Shown: positions 1 to 11,276 of the stretch, in pieces
How the letters are laid out: every line of letters begins with the position of its first letter
Numbering within the stretch: the stretch's first letter is position 1
IMG/VR virus record: IMGVR_UViG_3300030376_006203
Coordinates: 64,001-128,000 of that record
Length of the DNA: 64,000 nt
Strand: one strand, 5' to 3'
DNA from: a virus
Lineage: Duplodnaviria > Caudoviricetes
Notes under the pieces: model-generated
What the model saw: only the letters and a program-made list of their open reading frames with translations
Told to the model about the DNA's origin: nothing
Databases searched by the model: none
Translations under genes and position numbers: made by a program

Positions 1-1509
1 ATCAACATTTGAATTTGCTGTTGTAGAACCACCTGATGGTGTAATAGCAAAAGTTTTGTAAGCAAAGTTATCTGATGTGTTGAAATTGTTATTGCTACCT
101 GTGTAAGCAATTTGTAATTCGCCAGCGACAACATTGGTTGAAATATCAGTGCCGCCAATTATTTTTAAAGTGTCTGTGACAGAAGATGCTGTGATTGTAT
201 CATCTGAATCATCTGCTACTCTATAAAATATGTTTTGATCAACGTTCGGAGCATCATTTGTGATTGTAACTTGATCAACTGCTCCACCTGGACCTGAACC
301 TGTGCCTGTTGCTGTAACACTTATTCCTGAACCACCGCCTATGTATAATACATCATTTGGATCGTCTGCTATCAGTTCCACATTGTTGCCAGGAGTACCT
401 ATAGCAACTATTTCAAAATTGTTTGCTTCGCCACCAACGTTACCTGTGTAATTTATTTCTAATGTGCTACCTACTATGTTTGTAGAAATTGATGAACCAC
501 CTACAATGTTGAAAGTGTCTGTTGTTGTCCCGGCTGTTTTACTTCCTGAGTCTGAACCAAAAGTTTGGAAAATATTTTGTTCTGTGACACTGCTGTCTAT
601 TTGAATTGTGTCATTGCTGGCATTAGGTGTAATCACTATGCCTTGTCCTGCAACTAAAGTTAATGTATCACTTGTAGAATCTGCTACCACATCAGTAACG
701 CCAACTTTTATAGTACCAAAAGCATTTGCCAATGTTTGTGTGTTATTAATTGTAAGTGAATTTTCGTCTGTGCGTGTAACAGAAATATTTGTTCCTGGTT
801 GAATTTTAACATCATCTGTAGCACCTGCTGAACTCTGCAGTCTAATTACAATGTCACTGTCTCCATCCTGAGCACTTGAAATGCCGTAGGTTGTATCAGT
901 GTCCGTACTTGTGAATGTTAATGAATTTGAATCTCTTGTGATACCTACATTTGTACCAGCAACCAAAGTGATATCTTGTATCGCATCTGTGCTGTCTCTT
1001 AATCTAATTTTTTTACTGTTTACATCATCGCCATCTGCACCTGTTAATGTGTAAGTGGTATTTCCATCTGCTACTCCACCGCCTCCACCTGAATGACTGA
1101 TAGTTAAAACATCCGTTCCGTTTTCTTCTGTAAGTGCTGTTGTAACATCACCTGAACCTTGAATTTTTAATGTGTTGCCTGGCAATATTGTTCTTGCCAC
1201 AGAATCATCTGCTGTGATGATTAATCCGCCACCACCTTGAATGGTAACATTTCCACCACCACCGCCACCTTGTCCCAATAAACTTTGTGTGTCTGTTAAT
1301 TCAGATATGTCTGCTGGTATTGTGGGTGCCCCTTGTAGTTCACTGTATTGAAGTGTGAATGGTTGACTGTTGATAGTGATGCTTTGAGTTTGAATTGCAT
1401 TTACACCAACTAGATTAGAATTAGTAAGATCAAGATTATCATTGATCGGTAATTCTTTTATCTTATTGCCGTCTGTTGTGTCTACTACTAGTGGTATTCT
1501 GTTTGCCAT
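1..1509 (-). CDS. tail fibre-like structural protein (3' end runs off the window; absent from the ORF track)
   Basis: ATG at 1509 (MANRIPLVVDTTDGNKIKELP...). Gly/Thr/Asp-rich with recurring fibre-type motifs (ITLVAGTNVGIT, DTLTLVAGQGIVIT). TAAATA motif just upstream. Confidence 0.75.
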   Translation of the reverse strand, partial: MANRIPLVVDTTDGNKIKELPINDNLDLTNSNLVGVNAIQTQSITINSQPFTLQYSELQGAPTIPADISELTDTQSLLGQGGGGGGNVTIQGGGGLIITADDSVARTILPGNTLKIQGSGDVTTALTEENGTDVLTISHSGGGGGVADGNTTYTLTGADGDDVNSKKIRLRDSTDAIQDITLVAGTNVGITRDSNSLTFTSTDTDTTYGISSAQDGDSDIVIRLQSSAGATDDVKIQPGTNISVTRTDENSLTINNTQTLANAFGTIKVGVTDVVADSTSDTLTLVAGQGIVITPNASNDTIQIDSSVTEQNIFQTFGSDSGSKTAGTTTDTFNIVGGSSISTNIVGSTLEINYTGNVGGEANNFEIVAIGTPGNNVELIADDPNDVLYIGGGSGISVTATGTGSGPGGAVDQVTITNDAPNVDQNIFYRVADDSDDTITASSVTDTLKIIGGTDISTNVVAGELQIAYTGSNNNFNTSDNFAYKTFAITPSGGSTTANSNVD

Positions 1510-1531
1510 TTTTTGCCCCTTGTATCTATAT

Positions 1532-2407
1532 TTATCCGGTTGGTGCTGTGTTCTTATATGGGTGACTGACAGGTAAATTACTTGTTAATCCCCATTTGTG
1601 AGCAAGATAACCTTCTGCTTTTTCTATGTAAAATTTGTTGCCACTGCCAAGGCCAGGTAAACCTTGTGACACCATAAATTCAAACAGTTTACCGCCAAAG
1701 GTTTGACTGCCTCTGTTTCTGAATATGTTCATTCCTGCTGTGGTTTTAATACTGTTGTCGTAATCTGTTTCTGGTGTGAAGGCGTTGTTACCGTTCACTC
1801 TTACACCAATTTCACCGTGCGATTTGTCAAAGTAACATAATATCATAAAGTTAGTATTTGGTTGGATAGGTGTCTGGGCAGTAAAGTCTATCAAGTTACC
1901 TGCGTTACTGCTGATCCTGTTTGAACTCAAACCATCAAGATCCAGTTCACCTTCAAAATCGTTTACATTACCTGCACTGATGGCATAATCTCTGTTAGGC
2001 GTTTCTGTGGTATCAAAACTCCATATTGAATCCTTGCTGTTGTTCACACTGGCAATAGTGCCTGCGAATGCGGCCCAATGGTTACCACCGTTGGCAATCG
2101 CAAAAGAACCTGTGCTGAGATATTCATTTGAAGCGTGATCAAACACAATGATTTGTTTGTTGTCTTCTGTGCCCTGTTGTGGATCGTTGTTGATGTCGAT
2201 GACAACTCCTGAATTTCCAGAAGCATCAATGATATTTGTTAATGCGTTAGTGCCTCCGGCTGGCGAAATAGTGGTTGTTGAGGTATCGCTTGGATTGAGC
2301 CACATTCTTAGATCGTTTTCTAACATTGAAGGAGACCAATCACGAGTGAAAGCACTTGCTCTACGTCCTGCGAAAAAACTACCTGTTGCGGTTCCTATTA
2401 GAGGCAT
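1532..2407 (-). CDS. concanavalin A/LamG-like lectin-fold tail-associated protein
   Basis: W..LRMWLNPSD N-terminal motif and EGYLAHKWGL..NLP..HPY C-terminus typical of phage ConA-like proteins; lies among fibre genes. Confidence 0.6.
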   Translation of the reverse strand: MPLIGTATGSFFAGRRASAFTRDWSPSMLENDLRMWLNPSDTSTTTISPAGGTNALTNIIDASGNSGVVIDINNDPQQGTEDNKQIIVFDHASNEYLSTGSFAIANGGNHWAAFAGTIASVNNSKDSIWSFDTTETPNRDYAISAGNVNDFEGELDLDGLSSNRISSNAGNLIDFTAQTPIQPNTNFMILCYFDKSHGEIGVRVNGNNAFTPETDYDNSIKTTAGMNIFRNRGSQTFGGKLFEFMVSQGLPGLGSGNKFYIEKAEGYLAHKWGLTSNLPVSHPYKNTAPTG

Positions 2408-4188
2408 TATACTCCTCCAAATGATACCATTTGTCCTAGCACAACATATGAACTACTGACTTTTAATATTGTGAATGAGAAACTGTCTACACCGTTGGCT
2501 GTTCCTGTTGGCGCATTGTTGTTTTGCCATACGATAGTTTGTGCCGCACCACCAATTTGAACTGCTGTGATTTCGTGTGCTGTGTTACCTTGATCAATAA
2601 CTATTGTAAGGTTTGTTGCGTGTCCTGATGCCAAACCTAAATTTGTAAAGTTTGCTGTGATGTCTCCTGCTGTACTAGTGTGATAGAACATATGACCATC
2701 TGCACAATCATGAGCAACAACACCTGATTGACCTGTCAGTGCGTTGTATGATTCTTCAACACCTGCTGTGAACATTGTGCGTCCTTTGAGGTTAACACTT
2801 GTACCATTGCTTTCATTACCAATCAGTACGTCACCTATACCACTTGATTGACCTATATTGATTTGACCGTTGTTGGTTGAATCAAGTATCACATAGTTGC
2901 TAGCCTGTACGGTAACATTTCCACCTGTTGTAGTTAAACTGAGTGCGTATGGATTGATTGTAAAAGTACCTGAGTGTGTAAGACTGAATCCGGAAATAAC
3001 TGGACCACCTGCTATTTCAATATTGTCTTGGAATGATATCTGTGTGCTGTCGTCTGATCCAATCTGTGTGCCAGCAAAAGTTAAACCACCCACTGTACCA
3101 GTAGTTGATGTTAAATTTCCTGTAATGGTAATATCACCATTGCCTGTGATATCGTTGTTGTTTAAATCTAATGAGCCACCTAGTTGTGGAGTTGTATCCT
3201 GAAGGATATCTGTAATTCCACCACCACTCACAGTGTCAAATTCTAAAGCATTTTCACCAGCATTTACTTTGACAAATTTTCCTGCTTGTCCTGAAAAGTT
3301 TGCTGGAGTATCTGATAATGAAGCAAAAGCCTGTGCTGGTACTGAAGTCAAGTAACCTGAATCATTTGTGAATGTACTAATATTTGTTGGTGCTCCTGTC
3401 AAGTCAGCATATGCACCTGAAAACAAAGTTGGTTTGCCTGTTAAATCAGCATACGCACCAGAGAACAAAGATGGTGTGTTTGTAAAGTTATTGTAATCTA
3501 AATAGTAACTGGCATTTTGTCCACCTAAAGTTGTTGCTGTAATTCCAGTTAATGCTGATCCATCAATTGCCGGAAGAGCACCTGTAAGTGTTGTTGCGTT
3601 CAATGTGCCATTTACACTGTCAACTAATAATGTTGAGTCTGCCGCAACAATGTCTATTGAATGTGTTGAACCACTTGTCAATACTGAACTTGAAATAGCA
3701 TTGTCTACTTCAGTTTTTGTATAAGCATCTGAGATTCCATATCCTGATAATGTTGTTGGCTTACTTGTTAAATCTGCAAACGCACCTGAAAATAAAGTTG
3801 GCTTACCAGTTAAATCTGCATATGCACCTGAAAATAATGTAGGAGTGTTTGTAAAATTGTTATAGTCTAGATAATAACTTGCGTTCTGTCCACCAAATGT
3901 AGTTGTTGTGATTCCTGTCAATGCTGAACCATCTATTGCCGGCAGTGCACCGGATAAATTTGCTGAAGGTATTGTGCTGTTTATTCCATCAACCAGTAAT
4001 GTTGAATCGTCACCAAACACAGAACCTTTGATATCACCAGTTGTTACTGTGACACCACCTGTTTCAAGATTAGTTACTTTAAGAGAAAGTTCTGCGAAGT
4101 TATCATTAATCTTATCAAAGGCGGTTCTTAATGGTTCACCGTCACCCTTGTTTGGACTTGTACCAATATTGATAATTTGAATTGCCAT
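2407..4188 (-). CDS. tail fibre protein with T4 gp9/gp10-like N-terminus
   Basis: INIGTSPNKGDGEPLRTAFDKINDNF motif, DTTPQLGGSLDLN motif, internal YADLTGKPT repeats. Confidence 0.75.
   Translation of the reverse strand: MAIQIINIGTSPNKGDGEPLRTAFDKINDNFAELSLKVTNLETGGVTVTTGDIKGSVFGDDSTLLVDGINSTIPSANLSGALPAIDGSALTGITTTTFGGQNASYYLDYNNFTNTPTLFSGAYADLTGKPTLFSGAFADLTSKPTTLSGYGISDAYTKTEVDNAISSSVLTSGSTHSIDIVAADSTLLVDSVNGTLNATTLTGALPAIDGSALTGITATTLGGQNASYYLDYNNFTNTPSLFSGAYADLTGKPTLFSGAYADLTGAPTNISTFTNDSGYLTSVPAQAFASLSDTPANFSGQAGKFVKVNAGENALEFDTVSGGGITDILQDTTPQLGGSLDLNNNDITGNGDITITGNLTSTTGTVGGLTFAGTQIGSDDSTQISFQDNIEIAGGPVISGFSLTHSGTFTINPYALSLTTTGGNVTVQASNYVILDSTNNGQINIGQSSGIGDVLIGNESNGTSVNLKGRTMFTAGVEESYNALTGQSGVVAHDCADGHMFYHTSTAGDITANFTNLGLASGHATNLTIVIDQGNTAHEITAVQIGGAAQTIVWQNNNAPTGTANGVDSFSFTILKVSSSYVVLGQMVSFGGV
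3385..4014 (-). repeat. intragenic duplication of ~87 codons (3754-4014 and 3385-3645), each with tandem LFSGAYADLTGKPT units
   Basis: Near-identical peptide blocks GALPAIDGSALTGIT..GGQNASYYLDYNNFTNTP.LFSGAYADLTGKPT, offset by 369 nt. Confidence 0.9.
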
Positions 4189-7100
4189 TATACTCTACCT
4201 ACCACTGCTTCTATAACACCTTCTCCGGCATCTGTTTTGTTTTCTAATGCTTTACCTATCACTGTGCCTACTTTAGGATCAGTGCTTCTTGTAGCAAATC
4301 CTTTTGTGCTTGAACTTACCAACATATCACCTTTTTGTACAACACCAACAACTTTAACAGGAGTTCTTCCTGTCAATGCCACTGCTGTTACATTTTCACC
4401 TTCCAGTGAAGTATTCATTAAGTGTGCTGGATTTTCAGAAACAACACCTGCGACTCTTGTGTCGTCTCTTAATGATGTTGTGGTTACTTCTGCGTCACCA
4501 CCAAATATTAAAACTGTTCCCACTTCGTACTGATTGTCAGCAAGATAATTCTCAGCCAAGTCAGCATATTGAGCCTGCGTTGCTGTACCATCAAAAATTT
4601 CTGCGTATACATTTTTAAATCGTTTGCCAGATGATGAACCAATATCAATGTTATTATTTCCTGGAATTAAACCTTGTGCTGTTGCTATCACAGGAACAAC
4701 ACCATCTGCCACAAGTGCTATTTGACCTTCTGTAGATTCATCTAATCCTACAATGTATGGATTATCATTTCCTAATGCTATACCTGTAAAGTTAGCACCT
4801 TTACCTTCTGACTCAATATATTTTGTGTAGATGTAAGTTGAAGCCAATGCAGGATCTGTGTTTTGTGCTGATCCATTATCATTGCTTGGTGATGCTGAAG
4901 CATCTGCTCCGCCAAAACTAAATCTATTACCTGTAAATGTGTGTTGTGTATTATCTGTGTTAGAACCAATTACACCGTATGCTAAAACTCCACCTGGTGT
5001 AGAAACTTGAAGTGTAGAAGCAGAAGTGTCAAACACTAATGTGCCATCTAATGCTAATGAACTAACATCAAGTTGTCCGTTTGTATCAGTTTTAACAATA
5101 CTGTTGCCTTCACCTGTTTGTGAAACATTTGTGTAAGCATAAGTTGTAGCACCTGTTTTGATTAAAGCACTTCCTGGATCTGCCGCAACACCTACTTCTG
5201 CTACAAAATCTCCATCTTCTAAACCGCCACCAACTCCAACAATAGTAGAGAAAGCAACTGCCTCAGGAGCACCTGTACCTGCTGTTGACCTACCAAATGC
5301 AAATGAATTTGCCAGTTCAGGTAAGTCTGCTAAATCTACAGAAGCACTTTTTAATGTTACCCAACCGTTAGTAACTGTAAAGTCACCTGCATCAAAACTT
5401 GCTAAACCTAAATCTGCTTGAGTAATACCTGTGTCATTGGCTCTTGTTGTTGCCGCCTGCATTGCCAATTTACTTTGACTGATTGCCGCTGTTGGCGATA
5501 CATCTGCGTTTATGATTGAATCAGCATTAAGTTGGAAATTAATTGTTGTTTCAGAATTTGTTCTTGTGGCACTAACTGTGATATCTGATCCTGCATCTTC
5601 AACGCCGTTTCCAATTTCATAGATACCAGCATTAATCACATTGGCTGTGACACCAGAACCATTATCAATTAAATCATTTGTGTTAAAATCTGTACCACTT
5701 GTTAAATTGTAACTGATTCTTGTTGCTAGTCCATAACCTGGAACATTTTCTTGAATTAAATCATAGATTACACCAGTTGCGCCTGAGTTTGAACCAGTGA
5801 TTGTCATACCACCTGCAAACAGTCCACCGTTTGCTGGAGTTGTGAAAATTCTTCTAGCACCATTGTAAACTAATAATTGTCCTGCTGATGTTGGAGCAAG
5901 AATGTTTACATCTCTATTGTCAACTAATTCATCTGTGTCATAATTAACTTGGTCAACATAAGATTTTGTTGCCGCGTCTTGATCCACACCTGGATCTTGT
6001 AAATTTTGTATTTTAAATCCACCTGCTGAAATATTATCTGTGAATGGAGTTGAACCATCTCTTGCTAAAGCACCAGCACCAATTGGGTTACTTACTAATT
6101 GTCCTTGATGATCAAAATGTAATCTTCTGTTTACATATCCTCTAACAGCCGACTCAGTTGGCACTGTGTCAGATGAATTATCTGTCATTGCTGTGTCAGA
6201 TGAAAATTCTGCTACAACAACACCACGTTTAAATCCAATACCATCCAAGTTACTCAAAGCAATTGATGCCGAGAATGTTACAGAACCAGTACCTTGGTCA
6301 ACTGTGAAGAATTTACCAACACGGAAGAAACCGTCTTGGTCAGTTGACACGTAGAACACACGTCCTTTGCCACGTTCATCTACTTCGTATGCTTGAACTG
6401 GTGCTTGAGGATCACCATAAATTACATTCGGATAGTTTGTTGTGTTGAAACCACCTGTACCTATATCTAAGAAATCATGTCCAGTTGCTCTACAAGTTGA
6501 TATAGAAACTGTTAAAGTTCCTGTTTCGCCTGCGGCAAGGTTTGCTCTCAAGTTTACACTTTGATTTAATCTGTATACTGAACTGTGTAGACCTGTGCCA
6601 ATTGGAGTAGCATTTATATCATTTACATCCACAAGAGAAATTGTAGCATAAGTTGTTCTGTCTGTGTATCCTGTAATTCTGTGAACTTTACCATCCCAAC
6701 CAAATATCATGTCACCAGCATTTAATCTATTAATGTCTGATTGTTGTGTTAAAACATCAATAGCAATTACCACGTCACCCGGTGTATTACCCATTGTTGT
6801 TCCTGTGCCAGCATATGTGTTGTTGACTGCTTCAGTCATGTTAACATTCATTTTAACTGTGTCGAATGGAGAATCCATTCCAATGATTGCTTCATCATTT
6901 GCTAGAGCATTTCCAACCGAATCATTTGTTTGGAAAGAAACACTTCTGTAAACAGCATCTGTGTATTCATCAAACACAATCGCTGTTGATGGTCTTGTAG
7001 GTGAAACATCTTCTAAATCTTCAAACTTAAATGATCTAGATGATCTAACAGTTACAACTTGATCTGCTGTAAGAGCCTGTTTCAATCCACTTGTTGCTGT

Positions 7101-10100
7101 GTTGTCTGATCCACCTGTTCCTAAATTAACTTTGTAAACTGTGCCATCTCTTGTGGCTGGTTGACTTGGAGCCACTGTTGTTTCAATGTTTGTGACTTCA
7201 TATCTCACAATACCTGTTGAGCCACCGTGGTCAATTTCTACTTCTGAATTACTGTATGGTAAGAAATCAAAATCATATAGATATATTGCTGTTGATGAAG
7301 GTGGTTGAGCAAAATCTACTGTGCCATCATTAAACACAATGGCAGTTTGTGTCATGTTATCACTTAATGTGATGTTATCAATTTTTTCGTTTGGATTTGA
7401 ACCTTCAGCAACTAATCCATAATCACCATTTGCTGATGAACAGTTCAACGCACGAATTTGACCACCATCGTTGGCGTACATCGCTATGTGATTGTAATAA
7501 GTGAAAGTAGATACTTGTTCCGACAAACCTCCGTTTGTAGCAACAACACCATAACCTAAATCGTTAATCTGTACAAAGTCATTGGCAAGTAGAGATCTGT
7601 TACCTGCTGTTTGTACAATAATGTTGTAAGGTGTTGCGTATGTGCCATCCCAACCAGCACCGCTATTAGAACTTGCCGCTAATAAAAGTGTTGCTGTACC
7701 TAAACTTTGGTCATAATTTGTAATTGCCGCAACTTGATATCTTGCACCGTTTATATAGAAAGGTGCTGGCATTTGTGGTTTACGTAAAAATAAACCTGTG
7801 CCTGCCGCGGAAGTAACTTCAATACTGAATGCTGTATTAACTCCAGTGACTGCCATTTCAACGTTACCAGCATAACCATCAATGTACATACCACCTCTGA
7901 ATGATTTAGCATTAACACTTTGTGAAAATGAAGAAGCAGTTTGTGTGTATGGAGATTTTGTAAGCACTTGTCCATTTGGATCTAATACTTCAGCAAATCC
8001 ACCGTGTGCTTGGAACGTGATGTTTCTAACAACACTGGCATCGTTCATTAAGAACACATCCATTGCTCTGTTGTTTTTTGCTGTGTTATAAGCAGGATCA
8101 TTTGCTGGAACAGAAGTGTTAATTGGTTTTGTTACATCTTCAGCATAATGATATCCATATTCTTGTGTTCCTATTGTTAAACCATCAAAGGTTGTGTTTC
8201 TATAGAAATAAACATTTGCCCAAGGTGATTGTGAAACAGCATCTAAAGGTCGGATAATTGTTCTTCTAAATTCATCTCCTTTGATTGATGTGTTAGCAGG
8301 AATCTTAATAGGCATATGTTCTTCATATATGCCTGATTCTACTCTAATTGTAATCTGTTTATTTTTAACTTTATTTCCAAATTCTAATTCTTCACCAACT
8401 GTAAATACTTTTGGCTCACGTAAAAACATTGTAACTGTGTCGTCTGATCCACCTGCTGTTACAGAAACTATTTCACCTTTTGCTCCTGAAGTTTTACCAA
8501 CAATTATTTTACCTGGAACTAAATCTTTGTTGTTTGGTTGATTTTGATCAACATAACCTGTATTGCCATTTGAAATTGTTATTGTGTATGTGCTTCCATC
8601 AACTGATGATACAATATAATTGTAATCTTGAATAATACCTTTTACAATTTCAAATTTAGCATTCGCAGAATCTTTTCCTGATTGTGGAACAACTTTTGTA
8701 ATATCAATTGTTTGTGTTAAAACTTCTGGATATACTTTGTTGCCTAATGGACAACTCCAAGTAATATTGGCAACCTGTACAACATCACCAACCTGTGCAC
8801 CATGTCCTGTTCCTGTTGTGACTGTTACTATACCTGAATTGTTATCGTAAGTGGCTGTTGTAATGTTTACTGTGTTACCACCGAACGTAACTGTACCACC
8901 ACTCACATAAGTGTGAACGTAATTGTTTGCACCTGCGAATATTGTGAAAGTGTTTGAACTAAATGAATCTGAACGAACAGCAAATTTTCCTTGATACGTT
9001 GTTGCTGGTGCTGTGTTTGTTAAAATACTATTAACAATTAACCCTTGAGCAAAATTAATGGCACCCAATGTTTCAGTCAATTGTTGATTGATTGCTTTTA
9101 AACCACTATTGCTGTTGTAATATCTTTTACCTGCTTGAATAGATTGTGTGTTTGCTGTTAGTCCACTTAATACATCAATGACCACAGCATCTTGAATTAA
9201 TCCTACATCTCTTTTACAAGTTGCTATATTATATGTAAAGTTAGGATATGTGGCATTAACAAAAGCCACAGTTTCGTTTGTGATATAATCTTTGTTTGCC
9301 GCCATTAAAAATTCTAATTGCGTTTGATTTGAAGAACTTGTGATGCCTTCTGTTGTAACAGTAGAATTACCTGCGCCACTATTGAATGTTACTGTTTGTG
9401 CATATGGACCTGCTTCAAATGGTGCAGTATCAATAATTTGTTCTGCTCTTTCAGCCGCTTTAGAAATTGTTTTGTAAGCATAAGCCAATGATCTACCGTA
9501 TTTGTCTGCAGGTACTCCCTGCATTGTGTCATCACCATCTTGGCTTACAAATAAATTTGTTGTTGAAGCATATGATGTTGTGTCAACATAATATTTTGTT
9601 GCCGCTTGTAAATCATCAATGCCATTAGGTGTTCCGCCACCTGCTAAATCACCTGGATGATCATTTAGGTATAGTGCGCCAGTCATTTGGTCACCTTGAC
9701 GTCTTACTGCTGAAGTTCTTTGTATTGCTTCAGTTCCAAGATAATTTCCTGATAGTGAACTGTTATACGCACCATCTGTAATTGTTTGTGTTCCTGTTCC
9801 CCCTGAAACTGTAATTTTTATTCTTGTAGCATCATTATCATTTGTTGCTTCAGCGGCTGAGGCGTGTAAAGAAATTGTGTTGTCATCAATAAATCTAATG
9901 TAGTAAGATACTCCAGTTGATACATTGTTCGCATCATTGCCTGTTGAATTGTAAATGAATGGTAAACCGTTTGATGTTGTTGTAAAACCATGTGAAGGAA
10001 TATTTAAATTTCCACTTACATATGCTGTGATTGTTTTTACATACTCTGTTGCGTTTGCAGGTTCTGGTCTTACTCTTATCTCACCACCTACTCCACCAAC

Positions 10101-10583
10101 ACCTGAACTTCTTAAATATCTTCTGTCTGCGTAACCTTTATCAATCACAAGATCATCTAAAGTGATTGCTGTTCCATGTGTGCTGTTAAAATCATCTACT
10201 GCTGTTTGGCTTACACCAACATTTCCAATTGCATATGCATTGGCATTTAATGGACCACCCATGTCAGGATCAGTGTCTGTGCTTAAATCAATTGAACTGA
10301 CTGTAAGTAAAAGATTGTTTGGATCTGTAAAATCTACTGAAATACCTGTTCCAGATATTCCTTTCATCTCAATGGCTGTTCCAGCCGAATTGGATATAGG
10401 AATTTTGTTTGCTCCTAATTGATCAGGTGTATCACTTAATGATGTAAAACCTATCTGTCCACCTTGACCAAATACAGCATAAAGTTCTGTAAAATTTTCA
10501 TTGGATTTGTTGAACGCATCTCTGATACTATCGCCTGTACCGTCGTTCCCTTCTATACCAATATTAATAAACTGTTTAGCCAT
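4188..10583 (-). CDS. large baseplate wedge/tail fibre protein (2131 aa) with C-terminal intramolecular chaperone-like domain
   Basis: gp9/10-like N-terminus (INIGIEGNDGTGDSIRDAFNKSNENF), HDFLDIGTG/VSTDQDGFFRVG motifs of marine myovirus structural proteins, and a C-terminal YADLAENY...GKALE peptidase G2/IMC-like domain. Confidence 0.8.
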   Translation of the reverse strand: MAKQFINIGIEGNDGTGDSIRDAFNKSNENFTELYAVFGQGGQIGFTSLSDTPDQLGANKIPISNSAGTAIEMKGISGTGISVDFTDPNNLLLTVSSIDLSTDTDPDMGGPLNANAYAIGNVGVSQTAVDDFNSTHGTAITLDDLVIDKGYADRRYLRSSGVGGVGGEIRVRPEPANATEYVKTITAYVSGNLNIPSHGFTTTSNGLPFIYNSTGNDANNVSTGVSYYIRFIDDNTISLHASAAEATNDNDATRIKITVSGGTGTQTITDGAYNSSLSGNYLGTEAIQRTSAVRRQGDQMTGALYLNDHPGDLAGGGTPNGIDDLQAATKYYVDTTSYASTTNLFVSQDGDDTMQGVPADKYGRSLAYAYKTISKAAERAEQIIDTAPFEAGPYAQTVTFNSGAGNSTVTTEGITSSSNQTQLEFLMAANKDYITNETVAFVNATYPNFTYNIATCKRDVGLIQDAVVIDVLSGLTANTQSIQAGKRYYNSNSGLKAINQQLTETLGAINFAQGLIVNSILTNTAPATTYQGKFAVRSDSFSSNTFTIFAGANNYVHTYVSGGTVTFGGNTVNITTATYDNNSGIVTVTTGTGHGAQVGDVVQVANITWSCPLGNKVYPEVLTQTIDITKVVPQSGKDSANAKFEIVKGIIQDYNYIVSSVDGSTYTITISNGNTGYVDQNQPNNKDLVPGKIIVGKTSGAKGEIVSVTAGGSDDTVTMFLREPKVFTVGEELEFGNKVKNKQITIRVESGIYEEHMPIKIPANTSIKGDEFRRTIIRPLDAVSQSPWANVYFYRNTTFDGLTIGTQEYGYHYAEDVTKPINTSVPANDPAYNTAKNNRAMDVFLMNDASVVRNITFQAHGGFAEVLDPNGQVLTKSPYTQTASSFSQSVNAKSFRGGMYIDGYAGNVEMAVTGVNTAFSIEVTSAAGTGLFLRKPQMPAPFYINGARYQVAAITNYDQSLGTATLLLAASSNSGAGWDGTYATPYNIIVQTAGNRSLLANDFVQINDLGYGVVATNGGLSEQVSTFTYYNHIAMYANDGGQIRALNCSSANGDYGLVAEGSNPNEKIDNITLSDNMTQTAIVFNDGTVDFAQPPSSTAIYLYDFDFLPYSNSEVEIDHGGSTGIVRYEVTNIETTVAPSQPATRDGTVYKVNLGTGGSDNTATSGLKQALTADQVVTVRSSRSFKFEDLEDVSPTRPSTAIVFDEYTDAVYRSVSFQTNDSVGNALANDEAIIGMDSPFDTVKMNVNMTEAVNNTYAGTGTTMGNTPGDVVIAIDVLTQQSDINRLNAGDMIFGWDGKVHRITGYTDRTTYATISLVDVNDINATPIGTGLHSSVYRLNQSVNLRANLAAGETGTLTVSISTCRATGHDFLDIGTGGFNTTNYPNVIYGDPQAPVQAYEVDERGKGRVFYVSTDQDGFFRVGKFFTVDQGTGSVTFSASIALSNLDGIGFKRGVVVAEFSSDTAMTDNSSDTVPTESAVRGYVNRRLHFDHQGQLVSNPIGAGALARDGSTPFTDNISAGGFKIQNLQDPGVDQDAATKSYVDQVNYDTDELVDNRDVNILAPTSAGQLLVYNGARRIFTTPANGGLFAGGMTITGSNSGATGVIYDLIQENVPGYGLATRISYNLTSGTDFNTNDLIDNGSGVTANVINAGIYEIGNGVEDAGSDITVSATRTNSETTINFQLNADSIINADVSPTAAISQSKLAMQAATTRANDTGITQADLGLASFDAGDFTVTNGWVTLKSASVDLADLPELANSFAFGRSTAGTGAPEAVAFSTIVGVGGGLEDGDFVAEVGVAADPGSALIKTGATTYAYTNVSQTGEGNSIVKTDTNGQLDVSSLALDGTLVFDTSASTLQVSTPGGVLAYGVIGSNTDNTQHTFTGNRFSFGGADASASPSNDNGSAQNTDPALASTYIYTKYIESEGKGANFTGIALGNDNPYIVGLDESTEGQIALVADGVVPVIATAQGLIPGNNNIDIGSSSGKRFKNVYAEIFDGTATQAQYADLAENYLADNQYEVGTVLIFGGDAEVTTTSLRDDTRVAGVVSENPAHLMNTSLEGENVTAVALTGRTPVKVVGVVQKGDMLVSSSTKGFATRSTDPKVGTVIGKALENKTDAGEGVIEAVVGRV

Positions 10584-10926
10584 TTACTTTTTCCATATCA
10601 AATTGAATGCTTTCACCACAACCACAAGCACTCTTTGTATTTGGATTTCTGATTTCAAATTGTGAACCAAATACTTCGTTAACATAATCAATCTCAGTTC
10701 CAAATAAAAACATAACACTATGGCTGTCTATCACTAAATTTCCACCATCAACTTGGATTAATTCATCTGCGTCTTCAATTTGTGATTCATCCGCAAAACT
10801 CCAATCATAGGAAAATCCAGCACACCCACCGCCTTTAATACCCAATCTTACAGCATATTTGCTGTTGTTTTCGCACAATGTTTTTACTTGCTTCTTTGCC
10901 GTGCTTGTAAGTGTTAAAATAGCCAT
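10576..10926 (-). CDS. iscA: A-type Fe-S cluster carrier (HesB/IscA/ErpA family)
   Basis: GGGCAGFSY and NPN..SACGCGES motifs. Confidence 0.92.
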   Translation of the reverse strand: MAILTLTSTAKKQVKTLCENNSKYAVRLGIKGGGCAGFSYDWSFADESQIEDADELIQVDGGNLVIDSHSVMFLFGTEIDYVNEVFGSQFEIRNPNTKSACGCGESIQFDMEKVNG

Positions 10927-10988
10927 GTTTTTGTGTTCTGTTTTGTTGTATTTATTGAAAATTTACAAATGCTAATGTAAATACCTGT

Positions 10989-11276
10989 ATGTATCTAGGA
11001 GAAAAAACACAAATATCAATCACAGAAAGAGTGAGCAAACTTGGTGTAAAACACAAATGCAAACGCACAAAGACGTTTCATGTTTTAAAGTGTGATGTGT
11101 GTGCCAATGAATTTATGAGGCCGAAAGGCAAAGTTGAAAAAAAGCGTCTATCTACTTTTTATAAACACGTGTGTTCTGAATGCGACCCAAAACGTTTTGC
11201 TCAACAACAAGGTGTAAAACAAAGACAGGTTTTGGGTATGAACGCATCCAGTGACATTCCTATCAGTAAATTGTGA
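10989..11276 (+). CDS. hypothetical zinc-finger protein
   Basis: CDVC...CSEC pairs; TAAATA 5 nt upstream of the ATG. Confidence 0.6.
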   Translation: MYLGEKTQISITERVSKLGVKHKCKRTKTFHVLKCDVCANEFMRPKGKVEKKRLSTFYKHVCSECDPKRFAQQQGVKQRQVLGMNASSDIPISKL

